DNA of 63,590 bases, counting the filler, from Octopus bimaculoides (Eukaryota), in assembly GCF_001194135.2 (NCBI RefSeq). It is 4 parts of 4 records of this genome, joined end to end, with 100 filler letters (N's around TTAATTAATTAA, not from the genome) between each part and the next. Parts side by side here need not be neighbours in the genome. Positions count along the whole stretch, not along the records: positions 1 to 19,512 come from NC_068981.1; positions 19,613 to 49,752 come from NC_068986.1; 2 more parts are not named here. One strand, written 5' to 3'. The notes under the pieces are model-generated. The model saw only the letters and a program-made list of their open reading frames with translations. It ran no database searches and was not told the DNA's origin. Positions 11,550 through 24,284 of this stretch are shown in pieces. Position numbers and translations under genes: made by a program. Each line of letters opens with the position of its first letter. Within the stretch, counting starts at the first letter, position 1.

Positions 11550-11799
11550 TGAAGTAGTTGTATGCTGTCAACTTAATGTGACAGTCCTCCGAAGGGAATA
11601 ATACTAATGTTGGTTAGACATAGGAAGCTTCACCGCTTCCTGTCGGCCTTGACATATTTCCTGTGTCTTTATGTTTACAAGGGCACAGGAAATGTGTCAA
11701 GCCCGACAGGAAGCGGTGCAGCTTCCCAGGTCTAACCAACTGTAGTATTAGTCCCTTCAGGGGACTGTCACTTTAAGTTGACAGCATACAACTACTTCA
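11550..11799. mobile_element. Roughly 250-bp fold-back (palindromic) MITE-like element
   Basis: The left arm tgaagtagttgtatgctgtcaacttaa… pairs almost base for base with the right arm …ttaagttgacagcatacaactacttca. Arms are about 118 bp around a loop tttatgtttacaa. A half copy lies at 22513-22643. Confidence 0.8.
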
Positions 11800-12013
11800 G
11801 CGTATCACTACTGCATAAATCTTTCTGAGAGATTTAGAAATGTATTATTTCTAAAAAAAAAAAAATATTTTTGTTGGTAATTTTAGTAAGATGTTTACAT
11901 GTCTTTAGCCTTTTAATTGTTATCTTTTTAATCTTTACTCCAGTACGACAGTTATTCTGTATCAGATGCTAATCTGGTATTTAAAAATATTATGAACGAT
12001 TAGAGTTTAATGT

Positions 12014-12343
12014 AAGGGGTAAGAGTAAAGGGTAAAGACCCCCTTCGGTCATGAATGACCATGAGATTGCTCCTAAAAAGTTACCTCCCGTGGCACAAGT
12101 CCGGGAAAGGTTGTTTTTGTAAGAGCAGCAGTCGCCCATGCATACCAGCCTGTTTTCACCACGCCGTTGATGTTGTCCAAGGGAAATGAAAAGTGGTCGA
12201 TACAGCTTGGCACCTGTGACGTCAAAACTAATTTTGTACAGCTAAGTGAACTGGAAATAAAGTGTCTTGCTCAAGAACATAACAAACAGCTCGGTCCGGG
12301 AATTGAACTCAGTACCTTATGACTCCAACCACTAAGCCATACC
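12014..12343 (-). mobile_element. CORE-type SINE with a distinct 3' tail
   Basis: Contains the reverse complement of the CORE motif (aataaagtgtcttgctcaagaac), a tRNA-like head (gaattgaactc…ccactaagcc) and a (ctttacc)-type tail. Confidence 0.75.
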
Positions 12344-12364
12344 TGAAGAAAACACAGGGAAAGA

Positions 12365-12445
12365 AAGAGGGGAGCTTTTACGAAGTAGCTTGACATGCTA
12401 GAAATAGTAGCTAAATCTCCTTGAAATCATACTCTACCATCTTAA
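12365..12445 (+). mobile_element. Family-E 5' fragment
   Basis: ggggagcttttacgaagtagcttgacatgctagaaatagtagctaaatctccttgaaatcatactctaccatctt. Confidence 0.65.
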
Positions 12446-13489
12446 AGAGACCTGTCCTGTTTCGTTGCATTTTGAGTTCAAATCCTGCCTTAGACTACTA
12501 CGGAGGTAGATTTAATCCCCTGTACGGTGCCCGATGTACCACCACCACCACCACCGCAAGGAATTTTAGCTGCATTTAGTAGTGTCCATTATGTGGCATG
12601 CTTTCGGGCTAGTCACCGGTTAGGGGACAGCAGTTTCTTCCCTCTCTCCTATCAGGCTTGGAAGACTTCTAAAGAGTTATGGGCAATGTCTTTCCTCCCA
12701 ACTAAAAGGACATATTGGAAAAGACAAGAAAAACAGAATTGTCACGGTTGGAATATCCTTAATTATTTGTTGTGTTTGGTATTGAGACAGGTGTGAGAGT
12801 TGGCTAAGTGCAAGGTGGTTGGCTTGACATTGTAGACATGGTGGAAGAAGCAACAGAGACTAATACAGTCTAACACAAACTCAACCAGTTGCAATAACTA
12901 TAGCGGAAGTAAGTATAGTAGTAACATCAACAGCAACACGAGCAATAAAAGCAGCAGCAGCAGCAGTAAGGTATTAATGAAGATGATAGAAAATGTAGCT
13001 CGTAATGAAAACAAGAATAATAAAATAAAAAGGAAACGATTAATTTTTAAAGGATTGTGTTGTGGACATAAATGGATTTTAAAGTGTCTCCGAGCCTCCC
13101 CTCCAAAAACAAATGACAAAATGCTCCCGCAACAACCCGTCTGCCCCTTTAGCCCCACCCCAAAAGAAACAGCTTGGATGAATCTAAGTTACTGGATTAC
13201 TAATTTGAACAAATAAGGACTGAGGAGTCTATTTTTATCAATGTGTGAGCGTCACCGATAAACTGTGGGTATCTTTTACAACTGAAAAGGTTGGAAGAAA
13301 ATAAGATAAAATTGAAAAAAATAAAAAATGGTGGAAATTTTCATCTTATTTTGTAGAATTAGGAACGATATTTAGTGGCGAGAAGTGCAATTGGTGTTTA
13401 ACGTTAGAGATGTTAACGTCTATATAAGGAGCTGGAGATGAACGACTGGAATAGCCAAGGTCTAATGAGAGTTTGAAGATTTTGTTCAG

Positions 13490-13835
13490 AAGCATGGCTG
13501 TGTGGTTAACAAAATTGCTTTAGAACTACGTGGTTTTGGGATCAGTCTCAGTGTGCGACACCTTAGACATGTGTCTTCTACAATAGCACCAGGCTAACCA
13601 AATCATTGGGAGTGAATTTGATAGGCGGAAACTGTGTGTATGTATGTATGTGTATGAGCTTCTTTTTATATGTCTCCATACCGTTTGACAACCGCTGTTG
13701 GTTTGTTTATTCTCCCGTAATTTAGCGGTTTGGAAAAATGACCGAAAGAATAAGTACTTAACTTTTAAAAAATCCTTCAAGTGGGGACCCCAGCATGGTC
13801 GTAGACCTATGATTGTAAGAGGTAAAAGAATAAAC
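13490..13835 (+). mobile_element. Complete, degraded family-C SINE (head, internal microsatellite, 3' module)
   Basis: The head agcatggctgtgtggtt…, a (TATG)n-like core and the 3' module ttgacaaccg…ccccagcatggtcg…taaaagaataa are contiguous. Confidence 0.75.
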
Positions 13836-14294
13836 GAATCTAAAAGAAAATGCTCATTAAAAGGAAAACACCTTTATATTTTAGCAGAAATTTAGTCTTC
13901 AACGATAGTAATTTAGCAAGAAATACCTTTGTTCTGTTTTTATTACGCGTCGGTAGTTTTAAACACTGCTATTCTACAGTGATTTTTCGGTTTATTTAAA
14001 CCTATAAGTTATCACTGAGTGGTTCAATGGCTGAACCTAGCATTTTATCTGCTGAAGAGGATCCTTTTGGAGGCAATCCTTCATTCTGAAATTAATCCCG
14101 GCAAAAGTGATACAAATATATTATGGTATGAAATCGTAAGTTAAGTCAACGAGCCCAGAATTTTACCATTTAAAACAATGTTTAATGTTTTTTTTTACGT
14201 CCCTTATCGTGAAAGTCACGATAAGGGACGATTCACGGATAACCACATTGCTGCAGACTTCCTTTGAAATTATTATTTGATCACAATATAATTC

Positions 14295-14508
14295 AAGGCG
14301 AGCTGGCAGAATTGTTAGGACGCTGGGCAAAATGCTTAGCGATATTTCGGCTGTCTACTTTCTGAGTTGAAATTCTACCGAGATCGACTTTATCTTTAAA
14401 CGTTTCGAAGTCGATAAAATAAGAAACTGTCAAGTACTGGGGTCGATGTAATCGACCTACCGCCCCACCGAAATTGCCGGTGTTGTACTTAAATTTGATA
14501 CCAATATT
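14295..14508 (+). mobile_element. Family-B SINE
   Basis: aaggcgagctggcagaattgttagg…actggggtcgatgtaatcgac. Confidence 0.85.
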
Positions 14509-15098
14509 TATTTTGGCAGTTGCATGGCGAGAGGTTTGGCTGTTGTAGATTTTATATCAGCGGAGCCGTGTATAGCGAATTGAGTTATAGAAAATAATAA
14601 TTTACTGATAAAAGGAAGAAGACACCTTACTTTTGATTACTATTATATATGAACGCTGTCATTTGATGTGAAGAGGTTGGATCAATATATTGAAGCAAAC
14701 GTCTTTACTATTAGGTTGACAGATAAATTGGTTTTTTTTTCATTCTTAAAAAAAATTCAATCCTTTCTAATGTTATTTGAATTAACATGAAAAATATCTT
14801 TTTCATTGCATTTTTTTTTGGAAATCTACTCTTACTCTACAACGTTTGTTTATCGTTTTTGAAATTAAGATAAACTTCACTTCTTTTTAGACATACGATG
14901 ATGGAGTACTAAGTCGAACCCCCCCCCCNNNNNNNNNNNNNCCCCCACACACACACACAAAACAATGAATTTAATCTGACAACTCAATATTTATAACCCG
15001 GAGTGACGAAAGTCATTCGCGACGGATTTGGAACCCAGAACGTAAAGGGACGTAACTTAATACCATAATAATTTTTTTTCTTATACGTACAATATCTG

Positions 15099-15480
15099 GT
15101 GGAGGCGCAATGGCCCAGTGGTTAGGGCAGCGGACTCACGGTCATAGGATCGCGGTTTCGATTCCCAGACCGAGCGTTGTGAGTGTTTATTGAGCGAAGA
15201 CACCTAAAGCTCCACGAGGCTTCGGCAGGGGATGGTGGCGAACCCTGCTGTACTCTTTCACCACAACTTTCTCTCACTCTATCTTCCTGTTTCTGTTGTG
15301 CCTGTAATTCAAAGGGCCAGCCTTGTCACACTGTGTCACGCTGAATATCCCCGAGAACTACGTTACGGGTACACGTATGTGTGGAGTGTTCAGCCACTTG
15401 CACGTTAATTTCACGAGCTAGATGTTCCGTTGATCGGATCAACTGGAACACTCGACGTCGTAAGCGACGGAGTGCCAACA
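15099..15480 (+). mobile_element. Full-length family-A SINE with 10-bp TSD
   Basis: A box tggcccagtgg and B box gtttcgattcc. TSD acaatatctg at 15089-15098 and 15481-15490. Confidence 0.92.
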
Positions 15481-15517
15481 ACAATATCTGACATTTTCGT
15501 GAAGCGGGGATAATCGA

Positions 15518-15670
15518 AATTAATGCGCAACTGGTACTTATTTGATCGATTCTGGAGGATGGAAGGTAAAGTCAACCTCAGCGGAATCTGAACTCAGAAC
15601 GTGAAGACGGACAAAACGTCGCTAAGCGTTTCGTCCGGCGTGTTAATTATTCTGCCAGCTCACTGCCTTA
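15518..15670 (-). mobile_element. Family-B SINE
   Basis: Reverse-complement match to the B pattern, ending ctgccagctcactgcctta. Confidence 0.8.
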
Positions 15671-16364
15671 ACTCAATGTTTGAATATCAAAAGACATTTA
15701 GACATACAGCGACTCTGTCATCCATCATCCTTTGCTTGTGTTTAATATTTTGTATGATTATAATTTATTAGTTTATTTGCGCATTTCTGTATATGTTGCC
15801 ATTATTATAGCTCTCGGAATTTGTCAAAGCAAAGGTTTTTATACCATATTACCATTCTACGTTTACTCCATCATGTGAGACTATATTTTGCTATACTCCT
15901 CTAGTAATAATTTATGGCTTCTATAAACAACGTGGCAGCTAAGTCTGTTATGAAGCAGGTGCTCTATATAGCGTACATACTAAATAAAGTTATTATTAGT
16001 AGTCTGGTTTCCGTTAAAGGCCGAACATCGCTTTAGCTCGAGAGAGCTTTGCAAGAAGAAAGAAACCAACTAAAATAGAAACGAAATATATTATTCATGT
16101 AGGTACTAAAATCAGTGTTTCACTTTGCACTTTAAATATACGTGGGTTACGAATGCGATCGTTCACTTACAAACATATCGGTTTCTATTATTGATATACG
16201 AGACCAAATTATGCGCGTATGTGAGTAGGATTTAGTTGATTATACAGAAAGTTGATCTGAACGCCGTTTGAAGTCGGTGTGTAAAGTGTTATACCACAAG
16301 ACAGTTTGTCTTTTAATAATATAACCCTTCTGCAGCCCACCACTCTCATAAATGCATGCTCATT

Positions 16365-16714
16365 ATACTTTTCCACTCTAGGCACAAGGCCCTAAATTTT
16401 TAGAAAGGGGGCCCAGTCGATTAGACCGACCCAAGTACGCAACTGGTACTTAATTTATCGATTCCAGAAGGATGAAAGGTAAAGTCGACGTCGGCGGAAT
16501 TTGAACTCAGAACGTAAAGACAGACGAAATACTGCTAAGCATTTCGCCTGGAGTGCTAACGATTCTGCCAGCTCATTTTAGCCAGTTGAGTGAAATGGAG
16601 GAACGTGAAATAAAAAAAGTCTTGCTCAAGGACAGAACGAACCTCCGGAAATCAAACTCGTAACCTTACGATCGGGGGCCGAATATCCCTAACAACTAAG
16701 CCACGTGCCTTCAC
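16365..16714 (-). mobile_element. Family-B SINE (16365-16572) abutting a CORE-SINE head (16575-16714)
   Basis: B pattern on the minus strand, then gaacgtgaaataaaaaaagtcttgctcaaggac…caactaagccacgtgccttcac. Confidence 0.8.
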
Positions 16715-17026
16715 CATCTTTAATGGAATACGTAATGACAACTTTTGCTCGTTTAAAAAAACAACACATACTTCGTGTTATTTCTTGACAGAAAATCCGA
16801 AGTGATACCCAAAGGATATTTTTAATTAATCGATCCAGAAAAATTGTCAATCAGTGACAATTGAACAGTAATCGAGGGGGTTGACTCAATTAGGTTCGTT
16901 CGCTTATGCTCTACTCGTCCTCTATAATGTCTCATAGTGGCATTAAAACATTTCTCCTGAACCAACGAGAACCAACCTTACCAGTAACGAATGAAAATAT
17001 ACCTTTCAAGTCGCATTCGGCTAAAC

Positions 17027-17090
17027 CAGGGGTTCTCAACCATTTTTTTTTTTACCTGTGGGCTCCTTTGATTCCTATTTTATTGTTTTT
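17027..17090. mobile_element. Possible hAT-type MITE terminus
   Basis: caggggttctcaac resembles hAT TIR starts. No partner end is visible; a SINE and a gap follow. Confidence 0.3.
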
Positions 17091-17108
17091 GTAATTGAAT
17101 ATTATTGT

Positions 17109-17367
17109 GTGTTGTTGGCACTCCGTCGCTTACGACGTCGAGGGTTCCAGTTGATCCGATCAACGGAACAGCCTGCTCGTGAAATTAACGTGGAAGTGGA
17201 TGAACACTCCACAGACACGTGTACCCTTAACGTAGTTCTCGGGGGTATTCAGCGTGACACAGTGTGACAAGGCTGACCCTTTCAATTACAGGCACAACAG
17301 AAACAGGAAGTAAGAGTGAGAGAAAGTTGTGGTGAAAGAGTACAGCAGGGTTCGCCACCATCCCCTG
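17109..17367 (-). mobile_element. Family-A SINE (3' two-thirds; head lost in gap)
   Basis: Near-identical to 15099-15480 in reverse complement. Confidence 0.9.
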
Positions 17368-18095
17368 NNNNNNNNNNNNNNNNNNNNNNNNNNNNNNNNN
17401 NNNNNNNNNNNNNNNNNNNNNNNNNNNNNNNNNNNNNNNNNNNNNNNNNNNNNNNNNNNNNNNNNNNNNNNNNNNNNNNNNNNNNNNNNNNNNNNNNNNN
17501 NNNNNNNNNNNNNNNNNNNNNNNNNNNNNNNNNNNNNNNNNNNNNNNNNNNNNNNNNNNNNNNNNNNNNNNNNNNNNNNNNNNNNNNNNNNNNNNNNNNN
17601 NNNNNNNNNNNNNNNNNNNNNNNNNNNNNNNNNNNNNNNNNNNNNNNNNNNNNNNNNNNNNNNNNNNNNNNNNNNNNNNNNNNNNNNNNNNNNNNNNNNN
17701 NNNNNNNNNNNNNNNNNNNNNNNNNNNNNNNNNNNNNNNNNNNNNNNNNNNNNNNNNNNNNNNNNNNNNNNNNNNNNNNNNNNNNNNNNNNNNNNNNNNN
17801 NNNNNNNNNNNNNNNNNNNNNNNNNNNNNNNNNNNNNNNNNNNNNNNNNNNNNNNNNNNNNNNNNNNNNNNNNNNNNNNNNNNNNNNNNNNNNNNNNNNN
17901 NNNNNNNNNNNNNNNNNNNNNNNNNNNNNNNNNNNNNNNNNNNNNNNNNNNNNNNNNNNNNNNNNNNNNNNNNNNNNNNNNNNNNNNNNNNNNNNNNNNN
18001 NNNNNNNNNNNNNNNNNNNNNNNNNNNNNNNNNNNNNNNNNNNNNNNNNNNNNNNNNNNNNNNNNNNNNNNNNNNNNNNNNNNNNNNNNNNNNNN

Positions 18096-18154
<59 letters not shown>

Positions 18155-19139
18155 AATGTATGCATGTATCTAGCTATATATCTATTCACACACGCACACA
18201 AGTATATGTATGTATATATCTACACACATATATACATACGCATGTATGTATGCATGTATGTATGCATGTATGTATGTGTATGTTATGCGCATAATCAATA
18301 CTGTTAAAACAACAAGTTTTATAATATGAAATTTTTAGAGAGACATTTCCCATTGTAATAAATTCTGAATGGCCTTGTAGGAAAATAAACAATTTCTCAT
18401 TTCCGATATTTTAGTCAAAAATAATTAATATTTTAAAATATAACGCCCCACAGACTTGTATTTCTCATTCTTTAGTTAAATCTTATTTATTTTCCTTCAA
18501 CTCTTTTTCTTCATTATATATTATAATGATTCTAAAGGTCAGTGAACTGATAAAACGTCTTGTTGTATTCAGTTATGTCCCTTTATCTTCTGAGTTCAAA
18601 TCCTGCCTTTGCTAACTAATCCTTTCATTCTTATGGGGAATCTAATAATTAAGCATTTGGTTGATGTAACTGGCACTACTAGCCGCTTCCGTCAAACAGT
18701 GTGTGTGTGTGTGTGTGTGTGTGTATTATTCAAACAGTTTGATTCGGATTCCATGCTACTTCAAGTTTCGAAGTATAACATCCGAAGTGTCCAGTATTAT
18801 ATATCCATTACGGCCTATCTTATCAATCGGTTTCGTGCTAGGTATTCATTGGAGTGTTTGGTAAAAAACCCGATTATATAACCCTGCGCTCATCACAGGT
18901 AGCCGATATGGAACGAAATATGGCGACTACCATATATATGTATATATATAAAGAATAAGGAGAAAATGGAGAAGTAATTAATAAAATATTATTTATTAAT
19001 TATAAAATATGACATCTCTGACAGCTGTTTCGTTTTATATAGTTATCTTATAGTTGAACTTTCTGTGGATTGGTAACTAACCGGTATTTTCATTGGATTT
19101 TATTATCCCTTAATGAGGTTTATAACCTTTATTTGTCGA

Positions 19140-19142
19140 TCG

Positions 19143-19220
<78 letters not shown>

Positions 19221-19512
19221 ATATATATACATACATATATATATATGTATGTATATATGTATATATATGTATATAAATATATATGTATGTATATATATAC
19301 ATGTATGTATATATATATATGTATGTATATATATATATACATACATAAGGCGGTGCTCCAGCATGGCCGCATTCAAATGACTGAAACAAGTAAAAGAGTA
19401 AAAGAGTATATATATGTATGTATGTATGTATGTATATATATGTATGTATGTTTATATATGTATGTATATATAAATATGTATATGTATATATATGTATGTA
19501 TATATGTATAAT
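19140..19512. repeat. Compound (CTAT)/(CTGT)/(TA)/(TATG) microsatellite with a family-C tail end at 19346-19405
   Basis: Visible directly. Confidence 0.9.
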
Positions 19513-19612
19513 NNNNNNNNNNNNNNNNNNNNNNNNNNNNNNNNNNNNNNNNNNNNTTAATTAATTAANNNNNNNNNNNNNNNNNNNNNNNNNNNNNNNN
19601 NNNNNNNNNNNN

Positions 19613-19655
<43 letters not shown>

Positions 19656-20129
19656 GTATGTATTATATTTGTGTGTACGTGTGTGTAATGCTTCAAGTCT
19701 GTAAATTGTAAGGGGTAAAGGAGATGTGTAATAGCTATAGAGATAACATCCTACAAACGTTTTTTTGTTACAAACGAAAAATCAAATCTAAATCATACTA
19801 GCGAACAATGTTAAGCATGTTGTTTGCTTTTTCTGATGTCAGAAATGAGTACGTTAGTAGAAATACAGCTATGGTTGAGTTTCTATAGAAATAAAATATA
19901 TTCAATATTTTCAATGGTTAATTAAATTACAAAGCATTGTTTTATAGTGTACAAGAACTTCAAGTCAATTGATATTTTTTTTAATTCCCGTTGTTTAAAT
20001 ATTCAATGCATGTGTGCAACTATTACACTTCGAATATGTATGTTATTTGGTATATGTTTCCATACAGGTTAAACATTGGTTTTGCGTACAAGAATACATA
20101 CATACATGCATACATATGCATTCATACAT

Positions 20130-20286
20130 ATTATGGCATGGTTGTGTGGTAAGGAGCTTGCTTCGCAACCAGATGGTTCTGGATTCAGTCTCACTACGAG
20201 GTACCTTGAGCAAGTGACTTCTACTATAGCCTCGGACCAGCAAAAGCCTGGTGAGTGAATTTGGTCGAGGGAAACTTAAATAGGCA

Positions 20287-20325
<39 letters not shown>

Positions 20326-20915
20326 ATGAAATTCTAAAATATCAGGCGATCCAAGGGAAGTATGCTGCAAATAACTGTATAATAAAATATGGATGTGCAA
20401 ATCTCCGTTCCTCTCATCTTTATTGATTTCATTATATTCTCAGTGGAAAATTGCATTTCCTAGAAGCACATTTGGATTTACCAACCGAGCATAATAACCG
20501 AGTCTAGTAAATTTTTACTAACTCGAGTAGCACCAACATTCGTAATGGCTAACCGGTATTGAGAACCGATCTAAGAGTTAACATGGTAAACGTCTGGATT
20601 ACATATCCCTTGAAAGCATTTTGGGAAATATTAATTTGGATATATATATATATTTGTGTGCATGTGTGTGTTTCTGCGCTCGTGTGTGTGTGTGTGTTTT
20701 TTTGTCTGTGCTTATCCGCACCACCACTGTTTGACAACTGGTATTGCTGTGTTTACGTCACCGTAACGCACCGGTTTTCCGAAGGTAACGTAAAAATGAG
20801 TACCAGGTTTTAAAAAGTAAGTACTGGGGTTGATTCGGTCTACTAAAAACTTGTTCAAGGCAGTACTCCAGCATGTCTGCAGTCTAATGACTTGAAACAA
20901 GCAAAAGATAAAAGG
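20130..20915 (+). mobile_element. Family-C head (20130-20295) and a separate 3' module (20725-20915)
   Basis: gcatggttgtgtggtaaggagcttgcttcgcaacc… and …ttgacaactgg…tactccagcatgtctgcagtctaatgacttgaaacaagcaaaaga. Confidence 0.7.
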
Positions 20916-21878
20916 CAATAGACATCTATACTTACATTTACGCATATACATACACAAGCACACATATACTTACACATACATTCGTTCACACACACACATA
21001 TACGCACACACATATACACACACACATGTATACATATGTAAGATCCTATATTGATGTGTACTTCTCCAATTTTCTCTCTACATAAATGTGTTCGTATGCG
21101 TGTGCGAGAAGACAGAGACAGAGACAGAGAGACAGATCGAGAAAGGGAAAGTATGACTGCAAGTATTCAGATTTAACAGATTTCCCCAATGATTATGTCA
21201 GACCTTCCTCAGGAAATGGTGTTTCATTATGCCCAATTTGATTTAAGAACTCCCTAATTACTACAAGCGTATTTATCTCTTTCTTCTATCTTGCATTCGA
21301 TGGCACTCTCATCTTCTACCTTAAATTCATTTGAAACGTTGCTTACTTTCTAGGTTATCCTATCATATCATTTCTTTTATTTCCGGCTCTGTAGCAATAT
21401 TGCATATTCTCACTTATACATATATGCAAACATACATAAAAACGTTTACACATACACCTGTAGTTTACGTATATATATATATATATATATATATATNNNN
21501 NNNNNNNNNNNNNNNNNNNNNNNNNNNNNNNNNNNNNNNNNNNNNNNNNNNNNNNNNNNNNNNNNNNNNNNNNNNNNNNNNNNNNNNNNNNNNNNNNNNN
21601 NNNNNNNNNNNNNNNNNNNNNNNNNNNNNNNNNNNNNNNNNNNNNNNNNNNNNNNNNNNNNNNNNNNNNNNNNNNNNNNNNNNNNNNNNNNNNNNNNNNN
21701 NNNNNNNNNNNNNNNNNNNNNNNNNNNNNGAGTGTGTGTGTCTCTGTGTGAGTGTCTCCCTGTCCATACATACATACAAAGAAATACTAACGTATTCATG
21801 CATGTATATTATATGTATATATACGTGTGTGCATGTATGTATATATTTCTACAGTATATATATATATATATATTATAC

Positions 21879-21948
<70 letters not shown>

Positions 21949-22512
21949 ATACACGCACGTAAAGTACATTACAGACAATAGTATAAAGCGAGAATTTTGT
22001 GAAATATTTTTATTAGTGATTACGATGTGTTACTAAAATGATAGACAAAGGGAAGCAACTCAAATATGATTATAGTCTCTGCATAATATGAAAACATTAC
22101 TACTGCTGTAGATATAGGTAAAACTATGAATGCTGTCCAGAACTGAGTCTCATCTCACAATCGCCATGTAATTAGCACAATGTGTCACTCATCTCATTGA
22201 TTGATCTTTTCTTACTTAATAACAGTGTTGTGATGCATGCTGAAAGAGTAATCTCTTTCTGTAATCCATATTCTCTCTATACCTATTACATATCTCCTTT
22301 ACCGCTTATAACCCAATATACTTCAGTGGCGCATTTTGTTCCATATATATATATATATTTAATGATAAATAAATGCGCCCTTTCAAAGCCTGTTCCATTT
22401 CTATCTTTGTGTAATTTCCCTTAGCTCAATTTTACTTTAGACTGATGACAAGCAATGACTCAGAAACTAATCTCTGGATGCTGGCTTTGCTGGGTGGAGA
22501 TGATCATCTCCT

Positions 22513-22643
22513 CCTTTGTAAACATAAGGACACAAGATATGTGTCAAGGCCGACAGGAAGCGGTGCTTCGTATGGCTAAATAGTAATAGTATTATTCCCT
22601 TTCATGGGACTGTAACATTAAGTTGACAACATACCACCACTTT
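22513..22643. mobile_element. Half copy of the 11550-11799 fold-back element
   Basis: ttgtaaacataag (reverse complement of the loop) then atgtgtcaaggccgacaggaagcggtg…gggactgtaacattaagttgacaacatac. Confidence 0.8.
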
Positions 22644-23794
22644 ATTACATATTATTGCTTTTGATAAATTCATCCAAACACATATTCTCTATGGAATAAA
22701 GTTTATGCTTTTTGATCAAGATGAGTCGTATTGCCTATACATCGCTACCAAGATCCTACAATATCGAATAAAATATGTTGCTTTCACTGCTACCTATAAC
22801 GAGATTGACTTTGCATTTAAGCAAGAGAATAATATTTTAAATATTAAATTTTGAAAATTTAGAGAAATTATCGCATTCCACTGTGAATCGCAAAATTATT
22901 TTGCGTACGTCAGTCTTTCCAGTTTGATTGCTTATTTGTTAGGAAAATGATTTTATATTTAAATTCAAACACAGTCACTTTGATATACACATTTTGTTTA
23001 TGTTGACTGCACACTCATTTCATTCTAAAATTCATTAAATAAGACTAAATCAGTACCTAGAATGTTCTAATAAAACCCACTAACTTCATCCTTTCTGTAC
23101 AAATGTAGGCATGAACGAAATAGGAAGAAATCATGATTGTGGAATTGATTCCGCTGCCGGAGAGCATAGCTAGGTGTTGAATAGATTGAAGCTTCGTAAC
23201 ATAGCTTTTCATTTCAAACGTTCGGTTTTGCTTTTTGTTTTTGTTTTGTTTTTATCTTCTTTTAGATATACGAAACTAAAATACTATGATTCGATTCTAA
23301 CTACTATATACACACTCATTATAAGTTTTCTCATCGAAAGATCGTTCGTTATTAGATAGTTGGAACTTTTTAAGCAAATATAGATACCATTCTAGGCGCC
23401 AACAGATTGATCATATATTTGTATAGGTTTCTGTATATAGAAATGACTTATATGCATTCTAGAAGTGTAGCAGCATAAAAGTAAAAAAAAAAAAGTATAT
23501 ATATCTATCAGAAGCTAAAATGAAGAAATGGAGACTTCCACATGTCTTTCAAATATGCCATTGTATAACACGTTTTCTCTGTATTTCGCTTGAGTGACGC
23601 AGTGATGCTGCAAACTAAAGAAGCATATACTTCTTAACACTTTCGAGATAAGCAAAGTGCTTTCGAAAGTGCTATGTCTAATTGTATGAGAATTGTATTA
23701 CGCCTTATCACTAATCTCTACAAAATATATGACCAGTTTTAAACAAAGATTTCTCTCTGTGCCTCTCTCTCCCTCTACCTATCTATCTCTACAT

Positions 23795-23827
<33 letters not shown>

Positions 23828-24247
23828 CNNNNNNNNNNNNNNNNNNNNNNNNNNNNNNNNNNNNNNNNNNNNNNNNNNNNNNNNNNNNNNNNNNNNNNNN
23901 NNNNNNNNNNNNNNNNNNNNNNNNNNNNNNNNNNNNNNNNNNNNNNNNNNNNNNNNNNNNNNNNNNNNNNNNNNNNNNNNNNNNNNNNNNNNNNNNNNNN
24001 NNNNNNNNNNNNNNNNNNNNNNNNNNNNNNNNNNNNNNNNNNNNNNNNNNNNNNNNNNNNNNNNNNNNNNNNNNNNNNNNNNNNNNNNNNNNNNNNTTTT
24101 ATATTGAAAAACATAAAAACGTGAACAAGTTTTATACGAAACAAATATTAACAAATACCTATTTACCCATCTTCATATATGAACGTGTGCGTTTTATATA
24201 TGTGTGTTTGTCTGTGTGCGTATATATGCATATATATATATTTGTTC

Positions 24248-24284
<37 letters not shown>

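Noticed and set aside
12397-12408. gctagaaatag(c) resembles the Cas9 sgRNA repeat:anti-repeat tetraloop
   Set aside because: That junction is engineered. Here it is the P4 hairpin of repeat family E, with no cas genes or spacers.
17227-18294. Long ORFs of 200-370 aa spanning N runs (also 44495-45226 and 58250-59362)
   Set aside because: They are made of X residues from gaps plus microsatellite translation.
19557-19568. TTAATTAATTAA island in an N gap (also 49797-49808 and 62451-62462)
   Set aside because: Each is exactly 44 N + 12 bp + 44 N = 100 bp and puts stops in all six frames. It is a scaffolding spacer, not biology.
22442-22472. CTGATGA…GAAA hammerhead-like spacing
   Set aside because: Stem II cannot pair and there is no stem III or cleavage triplet.
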